Part shown: positions 19,175 through 26,394 of the stretch, in pieces
How the letters are laid out: each line of letters opens with the position of its first letter
Position numbering within the stretch: position 1 is the stretch's first letter
Virus record (IMG/VR): IMGVR_UViG_3300031813_000003
Location: 151,975 to 215,974 of that record
DNA from: a virus
Lineage: Duplodnaviria > Caudoviricetes
Length of the DNA: 64,000 nt
Strand: one strand, 5' to 3'
Made by a program: the position numbers and the translations under genes
Notes under the pieces: generated by a model
What the model was told of the DNA's origin: nothing
The model's input: the letters and a program-made list of their open reading frames with translations, nothing else
Databases searched by the model: none

Positions 19175-19230
19175 TTCAGCAGAGGATTGAAAATCCTCAG
19201 AAATTGGTTCGATTCCAATACCTTGCACCA
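19153..19230 (+). tRNA. tRNA-Phe(GAA)
   Basis: GAGGA TTGAAAA TCCTC. Confidence 0.88.
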
Positions 19231-19238
19231 AATAATAT

Positions 19239-19312
19239 TGTCAATTAGTTCAATAGTAGAACACTAGCCTGATAAGCTAGTAACACAGGAGCGTTACCTG
19301 TATTGACAACCA
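19239..19312 (+). tRNA. tRNA-Ile(GAT)
   Basis: CTAGC CTGATAA GCTAG. Confidence 0.87.
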
Positions 19313-19316
19313 ATAT

Positions 19317-19390
19317 GCTCCATTGGTGAAACGGTATCACCTTCGTCCGATTAACGAAAATTCGCAGTTCAAATCTGTGATGGAGTACCA
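19317..19390 (+). tRNA. tRNA-Ile(GAT), C33
   Basis: TTCGT CCGATTA ACGAA. Confidence 0.75.
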
Positions 19391-19398
19391 AATAGTAT

Positions 19399-19495
19399 GC
19401 GGTTGTAGTTCAAATAGAAGAATATCCCTAAACCATCCTGGCCAGGATAACTTAGAAGGGAAGACCTTGGGCGCAATACCCATGCAACCACACCA
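19399..19495 (+). tRNA. tRNA-like RNA with expanded anticodon arm
   Basis: Acceptor, D and T arms present; anticodon loop replaced by ~27 nt containing ATCCTGGCCAGGAT. Confidence 0.6.
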
Positions 19496-19587
19496 GTTTT
19501 GATTATGAACAGTATGAAAATAAAGTGGAAGTAAACTTAAATGTGATAACCCTTCTTTATTATACCCTTAGTAATAATCAATATTAT

Positions 19588-19663
19588 GCCTCTGTAGTTT
19601 AGTTGATCAAAATTCATCTTTGGTAAAGATGGGACTTGGGTTTAATCCCCAATGGAGGCTCCA
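19588..19663 (+). tRNA. tRNA-Thr(GGT)
   Basis: CATCT TTGGTAA AGATG. Confidence 0.82.
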
Positions 19664-19671
19664 AAAGTTAT

Positions 19672-19744
19672 GCAGCGATACCTTTAAGTGAAGGTTCCCG
19701 TATACGAGGGAAACGAGAGGGGTAACGTCCTATAAGCTGCACCA
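19672..19744 (+). tRNA. atypical tRNA (Val-like, 8-nt loop, GGTAACGT T-loop)
   Basis: TTCCC GTATACGA GGGAA; ACCA. Confidence 0.5.
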
Positions 19745-19754
19745 AAAATTAAAT

Positions 19755-19829
19755 GGATCAGAACGCAAAAAGTGAGCGGCATGGTCGTGGCCCATGTGAT
19801 AGTCAGTGCAATACTGACCTGACCCTCCA
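19755..19829 (+). tRNA. tRNA-His(GTG), C33
   Basis: CATGG TCGTGGC CCATG. Confidence 0.75.
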
Positions 19830-19856
19830 TAAATAACAACAAAGGAATGAACTAAA

Positions 19857-20063
19857 ATGGATCAAAAAAGTAGGAACTCGTTGTATGAAGTAATCGGTAT
19901 CAGAAAAGATGGTACCAAACTTTACAATTCAGATATTAAAGATAAATCACAAGCGTTAATGATTTATGATATGTTTAAAGAAACTCCTAATTTTGAAACT
20001 GTTCTGTTCTGTTCCAAAACACCATGTTTTACTGGTGGTAATGTAGACCCTGATCTTTGCTAA
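19857..20063 (+). CDS. hypothetical protein
   Basis: ORF with SD within the tRNA array. Confidence 0.55.
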   Translation: MDQKSRNSLYEVIGIRKDGTKLYNSDIKDKSQALMIYDMFKETPNFETVLFCSKTPCFTGGNVDPDLC

Positions 20064-20074
20064 TAGAATAAAAT

Positions 20075-20168
20075 GGTAGGTAAAACAAGATGTTTCTTGT
20101 ACCTGATTGGAAATCAGAGTGTTCGTGGTAAGACCACGAATTAGGTTAGATTCCTATGCCTATCGCCA
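20075..20168 (+). tRNA. tRNA-Ser(GGA)
   Basis: TTGGAAA loop; long variable arm. Confidence 0.82.
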
Positions 20169-20175
20169 AAATTAT

Positions 20176-20270
20176 GGAGGGTTAACTGTACAAGCGTGAC
20201 AGACCTGCCTTGAAAGCAACGTGAACGTGCTAAGACCACGTTTGGGGTGCAAGTCCTCAGCCCTCTTCCA
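20176..20270 (+). tRNA. tRNA-Ser(TGA)
   Basis: CTTGAAA loop; long variable arm. Confidence 0.8.
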
Positions 20271-20646
20271 AAATTAAAAGGTAATTAATGAAGAAATGTG
20301 ATTGTGCGGAATATATAATATCTGAATTTGAACGTGGGTACGGAAAGGATAACAAAAACCATGATGTATTGCGAGATGTTTTTAGATGTAGAACCCATGA
20401 GTTGATATACTTTCAAGAATTTTAGGTAGAAATGATAAAGAGTTTGAAGAATATTGGGTTTATGGTTATTGACTATGAAGAAACAAAAGAAAGACCCTAA
20501 AGAGCATGAACTAAATTATATCGAATTCCTTGAAAGTCAGTTGAGTTGGCAAAAGAAACAATCAATTCCTGATAAAGTTGAGATCGAAAAATTAAAATAC
20601 AAACTCTCTAAAGCAAAATTAGTATTGAAAAGTTTCAAATAGAAAT

Positions 20647-20715
20647 GGGAGGGGAGCATATAGGATGCAGCTGCTCATGAGAGCAGAAGAAAGGTTCGAC
20701 TCCTTACCCTGAACA
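20647..20715 (+). pseudogene. degenerate tRNA
   Basis: D and T arms visible; acceptor stem broken, no CCA. Confidence 0.4.
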
Positions 20716-20724
20716 GATTTACAT

Positions 20725-20800
20725 GCATGTGTGGCTCGACAAGTAAGGCACTAGTCCTACAAACTAGCGTATGCAGGAGCGTTACCTGCCACATGTACCA
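20725..20800 (+). tRNA. tRNA-Val(TAC), C33
   Basis: CTAGT CCTACAA ACTAG. Confidence 0.8.
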
Positions 20801-20813
20801 AACAATTAAATAT

Positions 20814-20891
20814 GGCCGTATAGCGCAACTGGTAGGAGGCACTAGACTTAGAATCTAAACAGTGCGAGTTCGAATCTCGCTGCGGCTACCA
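20814..20891 (+). tRNA. tRNA-Leu(TAG), short variable loop
   Basis: TAGA CTTAGAA TCTA. Confidence 0.87.
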
Positions 20892-20901
20892 AAATTTATA
20901 T

Positions 20902-20979
20902 GTCCCGTTAGCCCACGTTAGCAGAGGCAATAGGTTTAAGCCCTATTCAGGATCGGTGCGACACCGTTACGGGATACCA
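20902..20979 (+). tRNA. tRNA-Leu(TAA), short variable loop
   Basis: ATAGG TTTAAGC CCTAT. Confidence 0.82.
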
Positions 20980-20983
20980 AATT

Positions 20984-21080
20984 AAGTCATTCAGTCATGT
21001 GCGTTCTAGATCGTAGGTCTGTGGAGACTACACATGTTACTTAACCGTTCAAATCGGTGAGTCGAATCTAGGGATGATTT
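20984..21080 (+). ncRNA. non-tRNA structured RNA with a T-arm
   Basis: AAGTCATTC/GGATGATTT closing stem; ACCG-TTCAAAT-CGGT. Confidence 0.45.
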
Positions 21081-21090
21081 ACAAATTAAT

Positions 21091-21173
21091 AGGTGCGTAG
21101 GTTTTAATGTCAAAGGTTGGCAGACAGACTCCAAATCTGTTACCAAGGGGTTCGATTCCTCACGTTCCTGCCA
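21091..21173 (+). tRNA. tRNA-Trp(CCA)
   Basis: ACAGA CTCCAAA TCTGT. Confidence 0.85.
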
Positions 21174-21244
21174 GTTTAATTTGCGATTTCGAAGTATGTC
21201 ACATGTGCATACTAAATCCTTGCAAGGTAATCGCTACCAATTTT

Positions 21245-21319
21245 GTCCCTTTGGTGAAATGGAAATCACAGAACGCTACGAACGTTCAGGTCTAGGTTCA
21301 ATTCCTAGTTGGGATACCA
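21245..21319 (+). tRNA. tRNA-Arg(ACG)
   Basis: GAACG CTACGAA CGTTC. Confidence 0.87.
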
Positions 21320-21327
21320 AATTAAAT

Positions 21328-21407
21328 GACTGTGTTTACCCTTTATAGCAAAGGGCTTAGATTGCAAACCTAAGTAACTCAGGGAGCATTACCCTGCACA
21401 GCCTCCA
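21328..21407 (+). tRNA. tRNA-Cys(GCA)
   Basis: TTGCAAA loop; U73. Confidence 0.8.
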
Positions 21408-21412
21408 TAAAT

Positions 21413-21506
21413 GGAAGATGAACATAACTAGTGTTATGACTTGACTGCTAATCAATGTGATCGTGCTAAGACCACGGTTTGGGTGCGATTCCTACTTCTT
21501 CTGCCA
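21413..21506 (+). tRNA. tRNA-Ser(GCT)
   Basis: CTGCTAA loop; long arm sharing TAAGACCACG with the other two Ser tRNAs. Confidence 0.82.
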
Positions 21507-21752
21507 ATTTGAGCTAATACAGATTCAAGAGTTGTTGCAACAACTACTTGTTAAAAAGAATGATATTCTTTCGGCTCATAAAATAGCCTGATCTGCCATG
21601 TGTAGAAACAGTTCCAGAATCGTATAATGTTTAGTTGTGCGGTTCCAGCCTAAACAAAAGAGCAGAGGTAAGACAAGTAATAAAGGAACAGTCGATCAAT
21701 ACCAAGAGTAAAGATAGAGAGACAGTACCTGCATTACTGCTAAATTAAATAT

Positions 21753-21829
21753 GGTGCTATAGTAAAACGGTTTATTACGGTCAACTTATAATTGACGATT
21801 GGTTGGTTCGACTCCACCTAGCACTACCA
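21753..21829 (+). tRNA. tRNA-Ile(TAT)
   Basis: GTCAA CTTATAA TTGAC. Confidence 0.85.
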
Positions 21830-21834
21830 AACAT

Positions 21835-21922
21835 GTCCCTTGTTCCTGAACTAACCTCCTAAGTTAGTGACGTTAAATCTCAGGGTGGAAGTCGAGCAGT
21901 TCAAGTCTGCCAAGGGATTCCA
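21835..21922 (+). tRNA. D-armless, pseudoknotted tRNA-Arg(CCT)-like RNA
   Basis: ACTAAC CTCCTAA GTTAGT immediately after the acceptor strand; T-arm and TCCA present. Confidence 0.7.
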
Positions 21923-21931
21923 AAATTAAAT

Positions 21932-22020
21932 GCCGCTAGTCTCCTGCACACACCTTCTAAGCGTATGACTTTAACTAGTAGGATGGAAGTCAAGAAGTTC
22001 AAATCTTCCTAGCGGTTCCA
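21932..22020 (+). tRNA. D-armless, pseudoknotted tRNA-Arg(TCT)-like RNA
   Basis: CTTCTAA loop; same architecture as its neighbour. Confidence 0.7.
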
Positions 22021-22025
22021 TAAAT

Positions 22026-22100
22026 GCCTCATAAACATTGATAGTGATGCCCTGTTTTGTAATCAGGTTTAAGTGGGTGCGATTCCTACATGAGGCTCCA
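22026..22100 (+). tRNA. tRNA-Thr(TGT)
   Basis: TTTGTAA loop; TCCA. Confidence 0.8.
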
Positions 22101-22109
22101 AAGTAAAAT

Positions 22110-22197
22110 GCCGGTTTCGCATAGTTGGTCGATTGCACCTGACTTGTAATCAGGAATGGAAACTACACCGCAGGTTCGAATCCTGTGACCGGCTCCA
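22110..22197 (+). tRNA. tRNA-Thr(TGT), long variable region
   Basis: CCTGA CTTGTAA TCAGG. Confidence 0.87.
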
Positions 22198-22223
22198 AAT
22201 TAAACTAACTAAGGAACGACCTA

Positions 22224-22883
22224 ATGAATCTCTATGATTACCTAGGGATAGCACTTCTGAATGATAGTAGTCCTGAGACAGTTAAGACTAAACTATATTG
22301 CTTGTGCCATGATATTCCTTACAAAATGTACAATAAAAATCAAATTATAGATTCAAACTTTGTTCCTGTTGGTGGAAGTGTTGAATGGTGTCAGAAACAA
22401 TTAGGTTATTCTATTATACCTGATTACTATCCTTCATGGCTAAATATTTATATTAGTAGAAATATTTGGTATGCTGATAAATGGGATTTTATTGGTAAAC
22501 ATATTTTTATAAAGCCTAGTGACAAGTACAAAAGATTCACAGGGTTTATCACTACTGGAACTTATAGTAAAAAGCGTAAGCCTCCATTTATGTGTTCATC
22601 TGTAGTAAAGTTTATAGATGAATTTCGGTATTACATTTCAAATGGTGAAGTTCTATCTGCTGATTGGTACTATGGTGAAGAGAAGACTATTATAGCACCA
22701 AAAATATCTTTTGATGCCATTACACCTATTGGATTTTGTGGTGCTGTAGATATTGGTATTTTAGATAATGGAGAATATGAACTGATTGAAGTTCAGCATC
22801 CTTTTGCTTGTGGTTGGTATGGTGATGATATAGCACTATACATACAATGGTGTATTGATGGGTGGAAATATATGAAAAAATAG
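22224..22883 (+). CDS. ATP-grasp (R2K/DUF4343-like) protein
   Basis: FIKP...K.FTG, EFR, VDIG...IEV. Confidence 0.75.
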   Translation: MNLYDYLGIALLNDSSPETVKTKLYCLCHDIPYKMYNKNQIIDSNFVPVGGSVEWCQKQLGYSIIPDYYPSWLNIYISRNIWYADKWDFIGKHIFIKPSDKYKRFTGFITTGTYSKKRKPPFMCSSVVKFIDEFRYYISNGEVLSADWYYGEEKTIIAPKISFDAITPIGFCGAVDIGILDNGEYELIEVQHPFACGWYGDDIALYIQWCIDGWKYMKK

Positions 22884-22898
22884 ATAAAGGAGAAAGGA

Positions 22899-23396
22899 AT
22901 GTCTGCCACGCAAATTGTACTATTAGATCAGTCGTATAACTTTTTGAACTTGATTACTATCAAGAAAGCTGTTCGTCTTATGGTAAAAGATAAAGTAGAA
23001 GTAATCAAGTCTACTGATAGAGAATTACGTTGCGGATTTTTCTTGCCTAAAGTTCTTAGACTACTTAAGCATATTAACACTAATCTATCCAAAAAGATTC
23101 CATTCTCTAAGCAGAATATCTTTGTAAGGGATGATTATACTTGTCAGTATTGTGGTAAAGTATTGAATGCAAAAACAGCAACAGTGGATCATATAGTTCC
23201 CCAGGCTAAAGGTGGTAAAAACTCTTACGCTAACTGTGTTTGTAGTTGTAAGACTTGTAACCAATGGAAAGCTGATAAGCATCTACACGAAACCAGTATG
23301 AAACTTCGTAGAGTGCCACAACATCCATCATTCCTTGAGTTCATGTATCTCAAAGCCAAATCATTTGGTATTGACATGAAAGCCATATTTAACTAA
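22899..23396 (+). CDS. HNH endonuclease (McrA-like)
   Basis: RDDYTCQYCG...TVDHIVP...GG...N...C..CN..K. Confidence 0.9.
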   Translation: MSATQIVLLDQSYNFLNLITIKKAVRLMVKDKVEVIKSTDRELRCGFFLPKVLRLLKHINTNLSKKIPFSKQNIFVRDDYTCQYCGKVLNAKTATVDHIVPQAKGGKNSYANCVCSCKTCNQWKADKHLHETSMKLRRVPQHPSFLEFMYLKAKSFGIDMKAIFN

Positions 23397-23400
23397 ACAG

Positions 23401-23475
23401 TTTGCCTTAGTACAACGTTAGAGTATTCTTCCCGTTATAGGAAGCGATTCAAGGTTCAAGCCCTTGAAGGCAAAC
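23401..23475 (+). pseudogene. tRNA-like sequence with TTA at the anticodon position, no CCA
   Basis: CTTCC CGTTATA GGAAG; T-arm intact. Confidence 0.45.
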
Positions 23476-23792
23476 CTCTCTTGCCCTCCAAAATAAAATG
23501 TAAATTTAAATTGACAAAAACATATCCTTTTGGTAAAGTTACTTTACGTTATTTAAACCCAAAGGAGATTTATCATTAAAACTGAATCCTTGATGCGGAA
23601 AGCACTTCGTGTAGTTGAAATGACTTTTCAACCTGAAACAGGGCTGAAAAAGCTACAATGCGAGAAGTTGATGACGCAATCATCAGAGCAGAAAAAGATG
23701 GAATCAAAGTTGAATGGGAACAAAATAAAATTGACAATCAAAAAGAACTTTACTAAGATGTTCTTACTACAAACGAACTAAGGAGATTATAA

Positions 23793-24302
23793 ATGAATTA
23801 CGCAGAAATTAAACTTACTATTGACGCAATTGAGAACCCTCTTACCGATTGCAGGGACTTACTGAAACGTTTAATCGATGGTGATTATTTAAATCTTCAG
23901 GATGTGTTCACCATTATCGGTAACGGAAGTATTGCAGGTTTCAACTCTGTAATCAATGGTATTTCCACCAGTCCTAATCAATATACAACTTATTCGAATC
24001 TCAATAAAATTGGGCAGACCATCCCTGCAATCAAGGCGATTCGTAGTGATTTCGGTCTTGGATTGAAAGAGGCCAAAGATATCAACGATATTATTAAAGA
24101 CTGTGTTTGTATAACTGCTAAATGTTTTATCAATGGTATTGAACTTACTAAGGAGCAGTATAGTAATTATGTCAATGGTATTGGTAATAAAATAAATGTG
24201 ATTAGGATGATCCGTCAGGATCATAATATAGGGTTGAAGGAAGCAAAGGACATTGCAGATACGATTCAGGATCGTGCTCGTCTCGGAATAGCAAGTTTTT
24301 GA
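23793..24302 (+). CDS. protein with two ribosomal L7/L12 C-terminal-like repeats
   Basis: IPAIKAIR...LGLKEAKD and KINVIRMIR...IGLKEAKD. Confidence 0.75.
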   Translation: MNYAEIKLTIDAIENPLTDCRDLLKRLIDGDYLNLQDVFTIIGNGSIAGFNSVINGISTSPNQYTTYSNLNKIGQTIPAIKAIRSDFGLGLKEAKDINDIIKDCVCITAKCFINGIELTKEQYSNYVNGIGNKINVIRMIRQDHNIGLKEAKDIADTIQDRARLGIASF

Positions 24303-24394
24303 TAATAATTACTCCCGTTAATTCGGTGGAGTTAATCTAGATGAAATGGAAATACACTAGATACATCAAAAGTGTTTCCAAGTAGCATCTATAT

Positions 24395-24618
24395 GGGCTT
24401 GTGCTGGAATTGGTAGACAGGATCGGAGGATATATTAGTCCCTAGTAGGAAGTCATGAGCCTAACAAGACTGTATTGAGACTGATTGGATGAACAAGCAG
24501 TGAATTGGTTGGCGGGAATAGAGTCATAATCTATTCACAGTATGGGAGTCATGACCTAATACCCAATCATGAAACTATTTGGAATTCCTTGGAGGTTCGA
24601 CTCCTCCTAAGCTCACCA
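24395..24618 (+). ncRNA. 224-nt RNA with tRNA-like ends and three GTCATRA hairpin loops
   Basis: GGGCTT/AAGCTC ACCA; D-loop GGAATTGGTAGAC; T-arm GGAGG-TTCGACT-CCTCC. Confidence 0.7.
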
Positions 24619-24687
24619 TAAATTAAATTGTTGATTATTTAAATTGACAAGGACTAGAAAGTGTAGTAGAATGGTTTATCAGTTGAA

Positions 24688-24788
24688 AGCAAGTCAAATA
24701 TCCGAATAGTGTAAACGGTTACCCAAAGGCCAAGGGTGTAAAATCCAAACCGGATTTTGAGAAGGTTCAAATCCTTCAGTGACTTGTT
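24688..24788 (+). ncRNA. non-tRNA structured RNA with a T-arm
   Basis: AGCAAGTCA/TGACTTGTT; GAAGG-TTCAAAT-CCTTC; promoter at 24644. Confidence 0.5.
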
Positions 24789-24793
24789 AGTAG

Positions 24794-25297
24794 AAGTGGT
24801 ATGTTAGGCGGTTTCCACTATAAAAAAGAACCGTCAGAATTTAATGTGTGAGGCATTCGGTGCATCCACTAAGAAGAGTACCGGAGAACCTGAACTGATA
24901 CTACGAAAGGTTCTTAATAGAAAGGATAGAATTTCATCAAGAAACTCCGACATTGACTGATGAAATGTTCAGACCTTGAATCCAATTGTTTAATAAAACT
25001 GGTCATGCTCCGATACCTTACTAGTAATCGGGAAGTTGATCCCTGCGAAGGATTATCAATATCAAAGTAAGTTGATGTTGTGCCAGTTTTACGATTTAAA
25101 CTTTTCACCTGGGAGAGGTTCAAATTAGAGTATGGATCGTTTTGCGGTGGCTCTAATCGTTCAAGAAGATTTCTTACACCTAATCAACCCGTTAAAGGGT
25201 AGAAAGGTTCCCAAAGTAAGTTATCTGATAGACCCATTCAATCGCAAGTTGAAGTCCTTCAGAGTAAGCAAACGTGAAAGGGACGGTGAAAAGTTTA
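24794..25297 (+). ncRNA. large multi-helix ncRNA candidate
   Basis: No + strand ORF; 13-bp TAAACTTTTCACC/GGTGAAAAGTTTA; AAAACTGG/CCAGTTTT; GNRA hairpins. Confidence 0.55.
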
Positions 25298-25314
25298 CTA
25301 AATACTAATGAATA

Positions 25315-25389
25315 TGCGGGTTAAATTAGTGGTAAAGGTCAGTCTCATAAGCTGTATCTCCTGAGTTCGATTCTCAGACTCCGCACCCA
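25315..25389 (+). tRNA. tRNA-Met(CAT)
   Basis: CAGT CTCATAA GCTG; CCA. Confidence 0.78.
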
Positions 25390-25481
25390 AAATCTATATT
25401 CAACACACCATTATCAAACTCCCAATGGTGTGTAGGGCATAGTGCAACTAGATTATCAATATGCAACAAATCCGTTTAAAA

Positions 25482-25583
25482 TGTTGGGCTATAACTCTGA
25501 TAATGAGCGTTGTAAATTATGAGGATACTTCTATACTAATGGATGTAGTACTCATTGATCAGTCCCTCGTTACTCTCCCAACA
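25482..25583 (+). ncRNA. ATACTTCT-family ncRNA, copy 1
   Basis: TGTTGGG/CCCAACA outer stem; ATGAGG/CCTCGT inner stem. Confidence 0.7.
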
Positions 25584-25598
25584 GTAGCACCGTAGAAA

Positions 25599-25728
25599 GA
25601 CTTTGGCTCAACCCCTGACATGTTGTTATATTTGGCATACTTCTCTCATACTTGATAACAGGGAACTCCTTCGGGAGCTACCTGTGACTAATTGACATGT
25701 TCAGGATGCCTTGGTAATATCCAAAGTC
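25599..25728 (+). ncRNA. ATACTTCT-family ncRNA, copy 2
   Basis: GACTTTGG/CCAAAGTC; GGC/GCC; internal TTCG hairpin. Confidence 0.72.
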
Positions 25729-25745
25729 TATTTGTAGCAAAATAA

Positions 25746-25824
25746 GACAGGCTATAATTTTATAATCGGCATACTTCTATACCAACTTAAAATTGACAAT
25801 TAAAACGCCAGTTAATCCCCTGTC
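25746..25824 (+). ncRNA. ATACTTCT-family ncRNA, copy 3
   Basis: GACAGG/CCTGTC; GGC/GCC. Confidence 0.72.
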
Positions 25825-25900
25825 ACCCTGATGAAGATGTATTTAGAATGATGATATGTGAATAATTATTGGAAAGACTTGAAAAGAATTTGAAGAAACA

Positions 25901-25967
25901 TGAGGGCTATAGTCAGAGCATACTTCTACCAATCACTTTAATTGACTCAGCTACCTAATCTCCCTCA
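25901..25967 (+). ncRNA. ATACTTCT-family ncRNA, copy 4
   Basis: TGAGGG/CCCTCA; AGC/GCT. Confidence 0.72.
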
Positions 25968-26168
25968 ACCGTAAGGAACTAACGAATGAATTGTCCTAAA
26001 TGTGGTAATGAACTTGTAACAATGATGACAACTCAATATATGGCTAAAGGTAAACAAACAGTATCTATCCAGGAACCTTGGGCAATATGCTCAAAAGCAA
26101 TAAATGATTTACTCAACCAAGCTAAAGAAAATGTTTGTAGATATGCTGTAATGGAATAAAAATAAATT

Positions 26169-26243
26169 GCGCCTATAGTTCATTGGCAGAACAAGGCACT
26201 CTAAATGCTTGTGTAGTTGGTTCGATCCTAACTAGGCGCACCA
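26169..26243 (+). tRNA. amber suppressor tRNA (anticodon CTA)
   Basis: GCGCCTA/TAGGCGC ACCA; AGGCA CTCTAAA TGCTT; canonical D and T arms. Confidence 0.9.
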
Positions 26244-26289
26244 AATATGTATTTAAATATTCACACCAAACCTATAAAGGAGAATAACT

Positions 26290-26328
26290 ATGAAAAAGCT
26301 TTAGGTTAACCCAAAACACCCTCCATAA
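26290..26328 (+). CDS. minigene MKKL(amber)VNPKHPP-stop
   Basis: SD AAAGGAG; ATG AAA AAG CTT TAG GTT AAC CCA AAA CAC CCT CCA TAA. Confidence 0.65.
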
Positions 26329-26394
26329 ACTTCTCACAATTATTGTACTAAGGAATTATCATAATCAACCTTAACCAATTAAAGGAGAAGTAAA

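Noticed and set aside
20288-20475. Another amber read-through gene
   Set aside because: TAG is followed by a plausible new ATG and an alternative frame; ambiguous, with no motif support.
15763-21295. ORF-track calls overlapping tRNAs (e.g. 17185-17388, 17312-17512, 19033-19218, 21107-21295)
   Set aside because: Shadows of tRNA genes with no SD or protein-like composition.
24395-24618. tmRNA
   Set aside because: No G3:U70 pair, short length, and no recognisable tag reading frame; not fully excluded without a model search.
24930-24970. Hammerhead ribozyme (CTGATGA)
   Set aside because: The CTGATGA lies in a simple ATTTCATCA/TGATGAAAT hairpin without the three-stem core.
25482-25967. CRISPR array (recurring ATACTTCT)
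   Set aside because: Conserved cores are only 7-9 nt, spacing is irregular, flanks covary as stems, and no cas genes are present; better explained as structured RNA copies.
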